A DNA stretch of 64,000 bases. It comes from a virus. The DNA lies in the IMG/VR virus record IMGVR_UViG_3300010399_000001, positions 32,001-96,000 of that record. One strand, written 5' to 3'. The translations under genes and the position numbers were made by a program. Below are positions 1 through 9,529 of this stretch, in pieces. A model generated the notes under the pieces. It had not been told where the DNA came from, did no database searches, and was given only the letters and a program-made list of their open reading frames with translations. Position 1 is the stretch's first letter, and every line of letters begins with the position of its first letter.

Positions 1-434
1 CTGAGAAAATTGCCGAGGGCGAACAGTTCTTCGACCAGTGATGAGGTCATCTCGGGTCCCAGCGCATCGCGGATCGACTTATCCAGAACGCGCATCCGCC
101 CTTCCGCCTGGCGCAGGGCCGCGAGTCCATCGGTCGTGATTTCGACCGAGAGACGGTTGCCAGATCCAGGCGTCCAGGAGCGACTTACAAATCCTGCGCG
201 CTCTAGTCGGTACATCACCGGCAAGATGCTCTGTGCTGTGACCCTCAGAGTGCGCGCTATCTCCGCTGCGGTGATGTCGCCGACGTGATCGATCAGTTGC
301 ATAACCTCGAACTGGGCCTGAGTCAGCCCGCAGTCCGTCAGGACCTCATCGCAGCGCACACGCAGAGCGCGAGATGCCTGCATCAGGACGCGCGGCAATC
401 TACCGCGCGCCGGATCGTATTCGTGCTTGGTCAT
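1..434 (-). CDS. MarR-family winged-helix transcriptional regulator (3' end runs off window)
   Basis: Manual translation MTKHEYDPARGRLPRVLMQASRALRVRCDEVLTDCGLTQAQFEVMQLI...AAEIARTLRVTAQSILPVMYRLERAGFVSR...VEITTDG; absent from ORF track because truncated. Confidence 0.8.
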   Translation of the reverse strand, partial: MTKHEYDPARGRLPRVLMQASRALRVRCDEVLTDCGLTQAQFEVMQLIDHVGDITAAEIARTLRVTAQSILPVMYRLERAGFVSRSWTPGSGNRLSVEITTDGLAALRQAEGRMRVLDKSIRDALGPEMTSSLVEELFALGNFL

Positions 435-715
435 CTATAGACCTTTCCGTAGTGCTTCTCGCACAGCCCGTCGTAGACGTGCGTACGCGCACACCGCAAT
501 CGCCAGCGCTGATATATGCATCTGCCCTGGTTCGCTTCCGACTCGCTCAGGCCTAGCGCCATGTCGTAGCGGCAGCACGCCCAGGAGACGATCGGGCCCG
601 GCATCAGGTGGATGTTGTGATGCCATCGATGCCGGTAAGCCCTGCGACCTAGACCGGTCGGCTCATAGAGGAAGTGGCTGAGCGAGTCGATGCGGCCCCA
701 CAGCCTCGCCCTCAC
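431..715 (-). CDS. hypothetical protein
   Basis: 4-nt overlaps with both neighbours. Confidence 0.45.
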   Translation of the reverse strand: MRARLWGRIDSLSHFLYEPTGLGRRAYRHRWHHNIHLMPGPIVSWACCRYDMALGLSESEANQGRCIYQRWRLRCARTHVYDGLCEKHYGKVYR

Positions 716-903
716 GGCTTCAGGCCCGTGCAATGACGAAGGCTGATCAGTCCGATGACGTGGGCCAAGCACGTCTCATACGAGCCGAATCCGACGAACA
801 CCGGATCTGCTTTGGGGTCATGAGTATCCACCTCAAAGAGATTCCAGTGATAGCCGGGATGGGTCGCGCGGTCCCGGTCATGCTTGATCTGATAGCGCCT
901 CAT
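712..903 (-). CDS. hypothetical protein
   Basis: Operon-like packing. Confidence 0.5.
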   Translation of the reverse strand: MRRYQIKHDRDRATHPGYHWNLFEVDTHDPKADPVFVGFGSYETCLAHVIGLISLRHCTGLKP

Positions 904-906
904 GGC

Positions 907-1227
907 TCACCCGTACCAAGAGACGATCCACCAGCCGGGCTGGTTCTCACCCTCGGGAGGCTCGATACCGTTGCGCTCCAGCTCCTCCTCCAGCCTGTCC
1001 TCCCAGGCCAGCGGTACGGAAGTGCTCGGTAGCGGCTTGGGATAGCCACGCCACGCAGTCACCTTGCTGTCCTCGATGGCCAGGTAGCGCATGGGTGATG
1101 CATCAGAGCAGTGCCAGCTCCACTCCACACCGTCGATCGGCTTGGTGTTATGACCGGCCTTACGCTGTTCCCCCTCCTCGCCCCAGCAGTAGCCATAGAA
1201 GACGATCGCATCAGTCGAAACGCTCAT
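907..1227 (-). CDS. hypothetical phage protein
   Basis: ORF with AAGGA RBS and ATGA coupling. Confidence 0.6.
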   Translation of the reverse strand: MSVSTDAIVFYGYCWGEEGEQRKAGHNTKPIDGVEWSWHCSDASPMRYLAIEDSKVTAWRGYPKPLPSTSVPLAWEDRLEEELERNGIEPPEGENQPGWWIVSWYG

Positions 1228-1502
1228 TGCAGTTCCTTTCCTAGATAGAAGTGCGCGCCGGTGATCGCCGCCATGTTCACCAGGCCGTTGACTGTCATGC
1301 CGTCGTCGATCATCGATGCGCCGAGGGACGACAGGATGAGCAGAGTCGCACCGATGTGCTCCGGTGGAATACCTTCCAGCTCCTTACTCATCACCTCCAT
1401 GCACGCGCTGCCGATCAGCACTGCACCTGGCTTGGTGGCGCGTTGCAGTGCCAGTTGCTTGTCGGCATGGGTTGCCAGCTGGTCCAGCAGTCCCACATCC
1501 AT
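1224..1502 (-). CDS. hypothetical protein
   Basis: AGGAG RBS before ATG at 1502. Confidence 0.55.
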   Translation of the reverse strand: MDVGLLDQLATHADKQLALQRATKPGAVLIGSACMEVMSKELEGIPPEHIGATLLILSSLGASMIDDGMTVNGLVNMAAITGAHFYLGKELQ

Positions 1503-1510
1503 GTGCGCTC

Positions 1511-1819
1511 CTATGTCAACTGCGGCGCTGCGCGCCGAACGGGTGAGAACTTGCGCGCCAACTTCTTCAGGCGCTTCTTGGTCTTGTCGCCACCGCCACC
1601 GTTCCACCACACCCACAGATAGAAGGCGGTCCAGATCGCATCCCACACTGCGCCCCATCGGTCATGCTCCATGACCGATGCGATCAGGAAGTTGCCACCT
1701 GACAGCGCGTACCAACCGCACGCTCGCCAGAAGCCGAATCTGCGCAGCCATATCAGTAGCCCGATCCACTGGCTGAGCATGCCCGCCCACATGAAGATCC
1801 CTTCTAGGGCATCTTTCAT
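1511..1819 (-). CDS. membrane protein
   Basis: About three hydrophobic Trp-rich segments and a basic tail; ATGA coupling. Confidence 0.6.
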   Translation of the reverse strand: MKDALEGIFMWAGMLSQWIGLLIWLRRFGFWRACGWYALSGGNFLIASVMEHDRWGAVWDAIWTAFYLWVWWNGGGGDKTKKRLKKLARKFSPVRRAAPQLT

Positions 1820-2691
1820 GGTTCGACCAGGTCGATCACGACCTTGCGAGATTTGCGACGGTAGATCTCCAGTCGATCGTGCACGCCCCACCAGGACACG
1901 TGGGCAGCGCAGTAGTCCTCCAGCTCCCAGTTCTGCTCCAGCTCGACGAACAGGTCGTCATCGCCGCAGCAGCCCTCCATGCCCTCGCCGATGTAGACGA
2001 AGGTGTCACCCCCGTAGATCTGGAGCGCCTTCGTGGCGTAGTCAGCTTCATACACCGGCCAACTGATCATCAACGCGCGGTCGGGATAGCCCGCAGCGAC
2101 CTGCTGGTCACCATCTTTCACGGGGTGGTAGAGCTTGTGGGTATTGAAGCCGTTTCCTTCACCGGGCGGCCTCGGATCGTAGGCGTCTACCTGCATGCCA
2201 GCTTGGGTCAGCTGCCACGCCCAGTAGCCGGAGCCTGCCCCGACCTCCACTATGTCCTGACCCATGAGCCTGTCCTCCAGCCACTTGATGTCGCCGCTAG
2301 TCGGTATCGCCCAGCTGTAACGGGCGCACAGGTGGAAGCGGGTCAGCCCGGCATTCGCCGCTTCTATCATCGCCTCGGGATGCAGAGTCCAGGACCAGTA
2401 GCCGTCCGGCTCGATCATCGGGTTGAACAGATATGGCCGTCCGGGGATGCGCCGCACGATGTCCCAGTAGGGATTGTCGATGCCATTCGGAATCGGCTGG
2501 TCGAAGTCGGAACGGATGATGGGTTTGTTCTCGTAACGCGAACCTGGTGTGAAAGCACCCAGGAACGAGGTTCGAGAGTCGGCCCGCTCATACGGTGCGC
2601 TGGCCAACCTGTCCGCGAGGCGTATCAGTTGCTCCTCGGGAAGGTAGGCCAGCGGGGTGCCGTCGAGCAGGTAGGGCTCCCCTTCGCTCAT
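1816..2691 (-). CDS. class I SAM-dependent methyltransferase-like protein
   Basis: YSWAIP...IVEVGAGSGYWAWQL...DAYD motif I; ALMISWP; YIGE. Confidence 0.7.
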   Translation of the reverse strand: MSEGEPYLLDGTPLAYLPEEQLIRLADRLASAPYERADSRTSFLGAFTPGSRYENKPIIRSDFDQPIPNGIDNPYWDIVRRIPGRPYLFNPMIEPDGYWSWTLHPEAMIEAANAGLTRFHLCARYSWAIPTSGDIKWLEDRLMGQDIVEVGAGSGYWAWQLTQAGMQVDAYDPRPPGEGNGFNTHKLYHPVKDGDQQVAAGYPDRALMISWPVYEADYATKALQIYGGDTFVYIGEGMEGCCGDDDLFVELEQNWELEDYCAAHVSWWGVHDRLEIYRRKSRKVVIDLVEP

Positions 2692-2879
2692 GCCGCCGGA
2701 CACCAGACGACTTCGCACGCGTGACGCACCGGGTCCCAGATCTCAACCTGAGTGCGCAATCCCTGCGCGCACCCCTCCAGGAAGTACTGGTCCTTCACCG
2801 CCTCAGTCTTCGCGACGCGGTGATGGGAGCTATGAGCGCCATCGTCGTACGTGGAGACCATCCAAACCGGGTGCATCAC
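2688..2879 (-). CDS. hypothetical protein
   Basis: Coupled overlaps. Confidence 0.4.
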   Translation of the reverse strand: MMHPVWMVSTYDDGAHSSHHRVAKTEAVKDQYFLEGCAQGLRTQVEIWDPVRHACEVVWCPAA

Positions 2880-3103
2880 AACTCCATTCCACATGGCGCG
2901 ACTTCGAGCATCGCGCTGTCGCCTATGCGCATCACGTACTTACCGCCGGGTAAGCCGCCGGGTACCTCGTCGTCTATGTAGTAGGCCGCAAGGGCTGGGC
3001 AGGGATCGTCCAACGTGCAGCCGCAGTCCGGGTTGGGTCTACCGGCGGACCATCTCTGCCCATCGTCATCGCCGACTTCCAGCTCATGCCACAGACCAGC
3101 CAT
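2876..3103 (-). CDS. hypothetical protein
   Basis: Coupled overlaps. Confidence 0.45.
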   Translation of the reverse strand: MAGLWHELEVGDDDGQRWSAGRPNPDCGCTLDDPCPALAAYYIDDEVPGGLPGGKYVMRIGDSAMLEVAPCGMEL

Positions 3104-3390
3104 CAATCATCCGTCTCATTGATCAGGCCGTTGTCGTCCAACAGCCAGAAGTCGGTGACCAAATCGGCAATGCGCGCCGCCTTCAGCCCGTCGCAGGTTC
3201 CAGATTCAAGGGCGCGGAGATCTCGGGCCAGTCTTATCCGGCGCACGACGTAGCTCACCGTTCCTAGCCCGTACTCGATGAACAAGACGATCCCCAGGGT
3301 CGCGGTGGCGATGCCGATGCAGGCCAGAAGCCCGATCTCGCCCTTCGTCAAGTGCGCTCCCAGTCTCAGGAAGTAGTAGATCAACGACAT
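3103..3390 (-). CDS. membrane protein
   Basis: TM segment; directly downstream of promoter motif at 3417. Confidence 0.5.
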   Translation of the reverse strand: MSLIYYFLRLGAHLTKGEIGLLACIGIATATLGIVLFIEYGLGTVSYVVRRIRLARDLRALESGTCDGLKAARIADLVTDFWLLDDNGLINETDD

Positions 3391-3581
3391 TGGTGCTCTC
3401 GCATGGGTCGGATTTTGAGTATTGTAGCATGTTCCCGAGGGCATGAGCAATGCCCGCGTAACCCATGACGAGCCCGCCGATGATGGCGACCACTGCCACC
3501 GTGATGGTCAGATAGACCATCTGGTGCTGGAAGTTGATGAAGACGCCGTAGTGCCGCACCCTGGGAACCATCTTGATCACG

Positions 3582-4229
3582 TCAGTCGCTGAACAGGGTC
3601 GAACTCTGCGCAACGGATGACGGCTTCGCGCCAGCGGCGAGGTTCAGCTTGACGGTGTTGGACAGGTTCTCCAGGCGCGCGTCCGCATAGAGGACCGGGC
3701 CGTCCCAGTAGATGTACACGCCGTCCGGGGTGAAGAAGAACTTGCCCATGTCACCACCCTCGTTCTTCCCGAACGAGAGGTCGTCACCCGGCAGCTCCAC
3801 CGTGAGGTTGCCGCCGCCGCTGGAGCCAGTCGAGGAGTACACCCCGACAGCGGTGGTCATGGACGACTGGGTGGAGGAGACCTTGCCGAGGACCGGCACC
3901 TCCATGATCAGCTCGCCGTTCGGGCTGAACAGATACGCCCAGCCGGTCTTGGTCTTCTGGTTGAACCGCAGGAGCTTCTCGCGCTGCTGGTGAAGCTCCA
4001 GCGAACTCTTCATCAGCGAGAGCGGGTACGCCTGGCTGGGGTCCGCCTTGACCTGGTTCCACGCCTTGTAGGACAGCTCACCCTGCTGCACTACCAGGTC
4101 GTTGACGCTACCGGCGTTCTGCGTCAGGTCCGTGCCGGTGTTGCCGCCTGACGAGCCAGAGCAGGCTGCGGCTGTACTACCGAGCGCTGCCACCGCTACC
4201 CCGCCGGTCAGAAGCTTGCGACGATCCAT
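3582..4229 (-). CDS. Tat-exported lipoprotein
   Basis: MDRRKLL twin-arginine motif, hydrophobic core, lipobox-like AAAC, GS linker. Confidence 0.75.
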   Translation of the reverse strand: MDRRKLLTGGVAVAALGSTAAACSGSSGGNTGTDLTQNAGSVNDLVVQQGELSYKAWNQVKADPSQAYPLSLMKSSLELHQQREKLLRFNQKTKTGWAYLFSPNGELIMEVPVLGKVSSTQSSMTTAVGVYSSTGSSGGGNLTVELPGDDLSFGKNEGGDMGKFFFTPDGVYIYWDGPVLYADARLENLSNTVKLNLAAGAKPSSVAQSSTLFSD

Positions 4230-4254
4230 ATTCCCCTCGTTATCCCTGTTGTCG

Positions 4255-4680
4255 TTACTGGCACACGTCGACGCTGAAGCTCGGCGGATCGTCCGCCGGA
4301 CGCCAGTCCTTCATGTTCATGTCGCCAGCATCCTTGTTGTACTCCTCGACCGCCTGAGTGCAGACGCTCTTGTCGAGGGCGAGCTGGGCCCTATCACCGG
4401 TATCGGTCGGCCGATCTCCGAACTGATCCTTGTCCGAGCGGATCTTGATGATGTCGGCGGTGATCTCGCCGTTGAGCTGGTTGAACGCATCCTGCGCCGT
4501 GGCGCGGTTGGTGGCGTCGTTGTTCTGGATCTGCTGCTGAGCCGCACCGCGCGCCGGAGCGAGCGCGGCGTCGATCTTCCAGCCGATCAGAGACAGACCG
4601 CCAGCCACACACATGACCACCACCACCGCGATGATCCATGCGGTCACCACGCCTACGGCGTCACGCAACGCATCGAACAA
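4255..4680 (-). CDS. membrane-anchored coiled-coil protein
   Basis: N-terminal TM helix; adjacent to lipoprotein gene. Confidence 0.65.
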   Translation of the reverse strand: MFDALRDAVGVVTAWIIAVVVVMCVAGGLSLIGWKIDAALAPARGAAQQQIQNNDATNRATAQDAFNQLNGEITADIIKIRSDKDQFGDRPTDTGDRAQLALDKSVCTQAVEEYNKDAGDMNMKDWRPADDPPSFSVDVCQ

Positions 4681-5089
4681 GTTGACCCCCTGCTGGTATG
4701 GAAATTCGTTGAGGGACCACGCGGGCGCGTGGTCTCATCCGGTTCGCGATCCTCGCCCGGTCGACCATGATCGACGCCAGCTGAGCGGGACTCACCGAGC
4801 CGATGCCGAGCATGCCCGCGTCGTCGTAGAACCGCTGGACGAACTGTTGCAGTTGAGCCTTGCGCCTCTTCAGCAGCTCCAGCCAGTGCCTGTGGAAGTC
4901 GTACTCGAACTCCAGCAGCCACTCATACACCGGGTGCCCCGGAGCGATCATCTCGCCGCGTACGGTGAAGACCCTGACAGTACTCGGTTCCGCTGATGGC
5001 ACATGCGCCGGGCTAGCGGTACCGTCCTCGGGATGCACGTAGGCATGACGCGCCTGGTGCTTACTGCGTCCCCATCCCATTTCTTTCAC
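4661..5089 (-). CDS. hypothetical protein
   Basis: First ORF after promoter motif at 5126. Confidence 0.5.
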   Translation of the reverse strand: MKEMGWGRSKHQARHAYVHPEDGTASPAHVPSAEPSTVRVFTVRGEMIAPGHPVYEWLLEFEYDFHRHWLELLKRRKAQLQQFVQRFYDDAGMLGIGSVSPAQLASIMVDRARIANRMRPRARVVPQRISIPAGGQLVRCVA

Positions 5090-5178
5090 CCTTCCAGTCG
5101 ATGCGCCGCTGCGCCCGGAGCCTGCGAGCAGCGTAGCACATTGCGCGCGCTATGGCACGCTGTTGCTATGCGGCTTTC

Positions 5179-5460
5179 CTAACCCCACAGAGTGCAGACC
5201 CATTCGGGCTTGCTCTGCGTTTTGCCGTTCACCAGGGTGGGGGCGTTGCGCAGTTCGATCTTGATGCAACGCCCCCACGCCGGGTCTGGATGCAGCCGGT
5301 ACCAGGTGCCATACGCGGCCATTGCGATAACGAACGTCATCATCATCACTCCGCCGAGGGCGGCGAAGAACCTGATGCCGATATCCAGGCGGAACGTGAA
5401 GAACGAGCCGATCGCAAGCCACGCGGTACCGACACCGACCAGCACCCAGAACAGGGTCAT
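5179..5460 (-). CDS. membrane protein
   Basis: Two TM segments; ATGA coupling. Confidence 0.6.
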   Translation of the reverse strand: MTLFWVLVGVGTAWLAIGSFFTFRLDIGIRFFAALGGVMMMTFVIAMAAYGTWYRLHPDPAWGRCIKIELRNAPTLVNGKTQSKPEWVCTLWG

Positions 5461-5936
5461 GCGATCTTCACGCCCATGTCCCACAGCGCGCGCAATTGAC
5501 CGGCGGTCATCTTGAACATGGTCGTTATGCATGTCGCGATGTGCTCCGCGCCGCCCTCGACGGCCGCATTGAACAGGGCTATGCATGCGTCCGGATCACG
5601 GTTGGCGTAGGCGATGCCGAAGCGTCCTGCGAACAGGAAGTCCTCGGGCGGGTCGTCCATGGCCTTGCCCGTGGTCGTGTCGACGACGCTCTCGAACCCG
5701 TAGAAGGCACCCTCTGGCAGCTTGCCGATCGTCTGCCTGTAGTACGTCTCGGCGATACTGCCTAGACCGAACAGGCAGATCAGACCCTGGGCGCTGCTGT
5801 CACCCAAGGCCTCAGCCAGTGCGTGACCTCCACCCTCCAGGTTGCCGGATGCCGCCATGGCGACTGCGCGGTGCACCTCGCGGATGCGCTCGCGATAGCC
5901 AGAGACCTTCTCGCACGGGCCGTTCTCGTCACACAT
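5457..5936 (-). CDS. hypothetical protein
   Basis: GGAGG RBS. Confidence 0.6.
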   Translation of the reverse strand: MCDENGPCEKVSGYRERIREVHRAVAMAASGNLEGGGHALAEALGDSSAQGLICLFGLGSIAETYYRQTIGKLPEGAFYGFESVVDTTTGKAMDDPPEDFLFAGRFGIAYANRDPDACIALFNAAVEGGAEHIATCITTMFKMTAGQLRALWDMGVKIA

Positions 5937-6156
5937 CGGCCGCCTCCGATGATGAGGAGCGGCCCAGTACGGCTGTGACCTGGCTACGCGCAGCGCGGTG
6001 CATGGTGCCGAGCCTGTCCTTCAGGACCAGCTTGCCGTCCTCGAACCGCTCGATGATGCAGGTGGTCTCGTGCCGGTCTCCATTGAACTGAACGGAGACC
6101 TTGTCCCCCTGCGTGAGGGATTCCAACTGAGTTGATGAAAGACCGCTCCCCATCAT
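5929..6156 (-). CDS. small beta-barrel-like hypothetical protein
   Basis: Operon packing, RBS. Confidence 0.5.
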   Translation of the reverse strand: MMGSGLSSTQLESLTQGDKVSVQFNGDRHETTCIIERFEDGKLVLKDRLGTMHRAARSQVTAVLGRSSSSEAADV

Positions 6157-6172
6157 TGGGGCTACTCCCGTT

Positions 6173-6769
6173 CTATCGCTGGGCGCACTGAGCCTGACTG
6201 AAGCGGATGGTGGGACCGAAGTTCTCGATCACCTTCACGCCGTCGTGGAACATGGCCATGTAGATCTTGTACTGGCCGGGCACGCAGTACGCGAATGTTG
6301 TGTAGTGGCTGGTGTCCGGGAATTGCAACGGAGCGCCCGGGATGACCTTGATCGACTCCGGCGCCTCGAACCAGATGGCGTGCGTGACGTTGAAGGTCCA
6401 GATCGACAGCTTGAACGTGACGCCGGTGGGTGGGGTGCCGGTGCAGTATCCGAACACGTCGGCATCCACCTTGCCGCCGCCAGCGATCAGGCCGCTGACG
6501 CTCTCCAGGTAGAGATTGCAGTCGTAGACTCCGACGCCGATGATGATGTGGTTCGGCAGGTTGGGTCGCGGCTCGGCGTCGACCTTGGGACTTGGTGCGG
6601 AATTGCCGCACGGGTTGAAGCTGTAGCCGCAGTCACTGCCGCCCGAACCGCTGTTGCTGCCGCTGTTGCTGCTACCGCTGCCGCTCTTGCTGTCGCAAGT
6701 CGAAGCCATGGTCAGCGGTAAGATCGCGCAGGCTGCGATAGCCGCCAGAGCGCGCTGGTACATCTTCAT
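6173..6769 (-). CDS. secreted/lipoprotein with Ser/Gly linker
   Basis: Signal peptide, SG-rich linker, Cys-containing beta-rich domain; AGGAGG RBS. Confidence 0.65.
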   Translation of the reverse strand: MKMYQRALAAIAACAILPLTMASTCDSKSGSGSSNSGSNSGSGGSDCGYSFNPCGNSAPSPKVDAEPRPNLPNHIIIGVGVYDCNLYLESVSGLIAGGGKVDADVFGYCTGTPPTGVTFKLSIWTFNVTHAIWFEAPESIKVIPGAPLQFPDTSHYTTFAYCVPGQYKIYMAMFHDGVKVIENFGPTIRFSQAQCAQR

Positions 6770-6795
6770 GGTTCCCTCCTTCTACATGAGTTCGT

Positions 6796-6827
6796 GCGCC
6801 GGGCTCGGGGGAAGGCGAGCCCGGCGC
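6796..6827. terminator. GC hairpin (terminator-like)
   Basis: gcgccgggctcg / cgagcccggcgc 12-bp intergenic inverted repeat. Confidence 0.55.
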
Positions 6828-6836
6828 GTTCGGTCG

Positions 6837-7046
6837 TTACTTCTGCGACTCGGTCTGATCCGCGCCCGACTCGTCGATGAACTTCTTGACGCTCTCGGCC
6901 AGGGCGGTCATCGCAGTCGCGACACCGAGGCCGAACACGGCCGGGTGCTGCTTGTCCTTGACGACCTTGACCAGCCCGAGACCGGTGCTGATCAAAGCCA
7001 CTCCGGCGACGCGGATCAGCTCCAGCGTCTCCCTCTTCTTATCCAC
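6837..7046 (-). CDS. small membrane protein
   Basis: GAGGAG RBS before GTG at 7046; the longer ORF-track start lies inside the tRNA-like gene. Confidence 0.55.
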   Translation of the reverse strand: MDKKRETLELIRVAGVALISTGLGLVKVVKDKQHPAVFGLGVATAMTALAESVKKFIDESGADQTESQK

Positions 7047-7090
7047 GGTCCTCCTCAGTTGTGGTGCCACCCGCAGCGGATCGTGCGGGC

Positions 7091-7172
7091 TGGTGCCGGG
7101 GACGGGGTTCGAACCCGCACTGGGGCTGTGGCTTTTGAGACCCGCCGCCTCTGTTAGTTGGGCCACCCCGGC
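7091..7172 (-). tRNA. tRNA-Leu(CAA)-like gene with mispaired anticodon stem
   Basis: Acceptor GCCGGGG/CCCCGGC + ACCA; T arm GCGGG-TTCGAAC-CCCGT; loop CTCAAAA flanked by only about 3 pairs. Confidence 0.65.
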
Positions 7173-7179
7173 TGCCTGG

Positions 7180-7539
7180 CTACAGGGCGATGAGGCGCAG
7201 GTTCTCTACCTCGCGACGCAGATGGCCCTTCGCGAACAACTCCGTAGCCAAATCATCATTGGCGAACGTGATGATGAAGTCGCCAGCGCCGAGGCAGCGG
7301 ATGATCCGGATCTCGAAACCGATCGAGAGTTCCTCCATCTCGTCGGCCGTCTCCGGCTCCGGTACCGGCCTACCGTCCGAGTACTCGATGCGCGCCAGCA
7401 CCATGCTGTCGATGGTGCTTGCGGCGTCAGCCCTCGCGAGTAGGGCATTGAGCCAATTGGTGGTGTGCGTGTTGAATCGCTCGGCCAGCACCCTGCGTCG
7501 CAGGCCCATCTCAGCCGCCATGGAGTACCCCTCTCTCAT
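7180..7539 (-). CDS. hypothetical protein
   Basis: ORF after promoter motif at 7560. Confidence 0.55.
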   Translation of the reverse strand: MREGYSMAAEMGLRRRVLAERFNTHTTNWLNALLARADAASTIDSMVLARIEYSDGRPVPEPETADEMEELSIGFEIRIIRCLGAGDFIITFANDDLATELFAKGHLRREVENLRLIAL

Positions 7540-7595
7540 GAGCGCGCTCGCGCTCTTGCGAGCATCGTAGCATAGCGCTGAGCGGAAGGGCACTG

Positions 7596-7955
7596 CTAGC
7601 GAGCGCGCACGCGGATCTCTATCCCGGTCTTGGGCCAGCGCACTCCCTCGACGTAAGACACCCTCAGCAGGTGTCTGGAGTTATCGTCAGGCAGGACGCC
7701 AGCATCGACTATCCCGTCGATAAGCGGCTTGGCCGAACTGGAGTAGTTGCTCGGGTCCAGACGGCGGGTGCGATTGCCGGGGTGCACGATGACCTCGATC
7801 TCCGCCTTCTCCAGCGGCGGTATCTTGCGCACCTTCGCAAGGGTCATACCCGTAAGGCGCAGAGCTTTGACCCGCTTCATCTTCACCGCCCAGTGCAGCC
7901 TGTCATTGCTGCTCAGCAGCGGCATCTGCGGTACGGCTAGAGTCCACTCACGCAC
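7596..7955 (-). CDS. rusA: RusA-like Holliday junction resolvase
   Basis: LLSSNDRLHW...RRLDPSNY...KPLIDGIVDAGVLPDDN motif. Confidence 0.8.
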   Translation of the reverse strand: MREWTLAVPQMPLLSSNDRLHWAVKMKRVKALRLTGMTLAKVRKIPPLEKAEIEVIVHPGNRTRRLDPSNYSSSAKPLIDGIVDAGVLPDDNSRHLLRVSYVEGVRWPKTGIEIRVRAR

Positions 7956-8562
7956 GTATCGCCACCGCCAGGGATAGCCAGCGGTCTTGACCCCATTCCG
8001 TTCCGCAGGTGCGGCAGCGGATAGAGGTCGCATAGGGGCTGGCCCATAGCGGAGTGCCACATGGCTTGCCGCTTACATCCTCCGGGCACAGACCGATCTG
8101 ACGCGAGTCGCCCTTGCCGTCGATCTCGGCACGGCACGTCTGGTGCAGGTCTCGTATCTCGCTGACGAAGTCCTGCGGGGCGGGATGCTTGTCTGCCGCC
8201 CATGGCCAGTTGGCTCGCAGGAACTTGCACGCGCCCACCACGGACTGCTCGATGGTGCCACGGAACGGTCGCCTAGACCAGGCGAGGATCTCGCGCCAGT
8301 CGTCCTCCCAGGAGTGCAGGATCGCAACCATGCTGCCGCCGGATCGCAGGGCGAGAGGGCCGAGGCGAACGGGTAGCGGAGGAGTCTTGGAGCCGGAGAC
8401 CCTATCGCCCGAGCCCGAGCCGGGAGCCAATACGGCTTCGAGAGAACGGTAAAGCTCCGGCAGCTCGGAGATGTTGCGGTCCGTCACCTCGGCGCAGCGG
8501 TTGCAGATGCGAAGCCTGCTCGGGCGAGAACACGAGAGGCAGGAGGTGACCAGTTGGTCCAT
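7948..8562 (-). CDS. Zn-binding actinophage protein (DUF7341-like)
   Basis: CxxC pairs at both ends; RVSGSKTPPLP. Confidence 0.6.
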   Translation of the reverse strand: MDQLVTSCLSCSRPSRLRICNRCAEVTDRNISELPELYRSLEAVLAPGSGSGDRVSGSKTPPLPVRLGPLALRSGGSMVAILHSWEDDWREILAWSRRPFRGTIEQSVVGACKFLRANWPWAADKHPAPQDFVSEIRDLHQTCRAEIDGKGDSRQIGLCPEDVSGKPCGTPLWASPYATSIRCRTCGTEWGQDRWLSLAVAIRA

Positions 8563-8570
8563 AAGAAAAC

Positions 8571-8615
8571 TCCCCGGTATGGATGACCTCTCACGAGAGT
8601 ACCGCCATACCGGGG
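8571..8615. other. intergenic inverted repeat
   Basis: tccccggtatgg ... ccataccgggga (12 bp). Confidence 0.5.
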
Positions 8616-8640
8616 AATATCTACCAGTTGGTCTCTGGAT

Positions 8641-9522
8641 CTATGCGTCTGGGCTGTATCCGGCATCCTTGGCGAGGTCCTTTGCGGCGGCCTCGGCGGC
8701 TGCCCACGGGTCCTCATCCACGATGTGCTCCTCGACGACCTCGCCCTCCATGGTCTCGGTCACCTCGATAGGATCAGCCTTCGGAGTCAGATCCAGGCGC
8801 ACGCCGCCATCCACGGACATGCCGATCATCAGCTCCGGCGACTTGGGCAGCAGCTTGGCCAGGCGCAGCACCGTGGTCTTCTTGGCCATCTCGTCGAAGT
8901 GGTCGCGCCACGGGCCGAGGATCACGCCCTCCTTGGTCTTGGCCATGGCGAACTTGTCGCGGTGCTTCTCCGCATCGGACTTGCTCAGCACCTCGAACTT
9001 CACGCCGTTCGGATTCATCTGCGCCACCGAGTAGTACGCGATCGGCTCACCGCGATCGCCGAACAGCATCGGCTTGTGCTTGAGCTTCGGCTTGAGACCG
9101 TAGTCCACATCGAACTTGTCGTTGGCGTAGACGGTGTACGCATCCAGGGTCGCGATGCGACTGGAGCGGTACGCCAGCTCCGCATATCCCTGATAGCCGA
9201 TGATCAGCTGAGCCTGGAACGAGCGCGACTTGCCGTTCCATAGCGGCAGCAGCCATGCCTGGCCCAGTACAGCCGGACGCAGGCCGAGCTGCGCGCAGGT
9301 CATCAGGCCACCCATGACACTGGTGGCGTCGCACTGGGCCAGCTTCGGAGTCTTACTCAGGCACGTCAGTGCATCGCGCACAAGCTGCGCTGCCTCGAAT
9401 CCGCGCGGCATCGCGGCCTGGAACTGCTCGGTCATCGTCTGGATCTGCTGACGCAGGGTGATGGTCGGGCGCTGAGCAGGGTCTGACTGAGCCGCCACGC
9501 GAGAGGCGAGATCGGTACCCAT
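8641..9522 (-). CDS. recT: RecT-family recombinase
   Basis: CAQLGLRP..LGQAWLLP...AQLIIGYQG...HFDEMAKKTTVLRLAKLLPKS; GGAGG RBS. Confidence 0.92.
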   Translation of the reverse strand: MGTDLASRVAAQSDPAQRPTITLRQQIQTMTEQFQAAMPRGFEAAQLVRDALTCLSKTPKLAQCDATSVMGGLMTCAQLGLRPAVLGQAWLLPLWNGKSRSFQAQLIIGYQGYAELAYRSSRIATLDAYTVYANDKFDVDYGLKPKLKHKPMLFGDRGEPIAYYSVAQMNPNGVKFEVLSKSDAEKHRDKFAMAKTKEGVILGPWRDHFDEMAKKTTVLRLAKLLPKSPELMIGMSVDGGVRLDLTPKADPIEVTETMEGEVVEEHIVDEDPWAAAEAAAKDLAKDAGYSPDA

Positions 9523-9529
9523 GATCCTC

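Noticed and set aside
7091-7172. Selenocysteine or opal-suppressor tRNA (TCA within tctcaaa)
   Set aside because: No stem supports that register and it lacks the extended acceptor and long variable arm of tRNA-Sec
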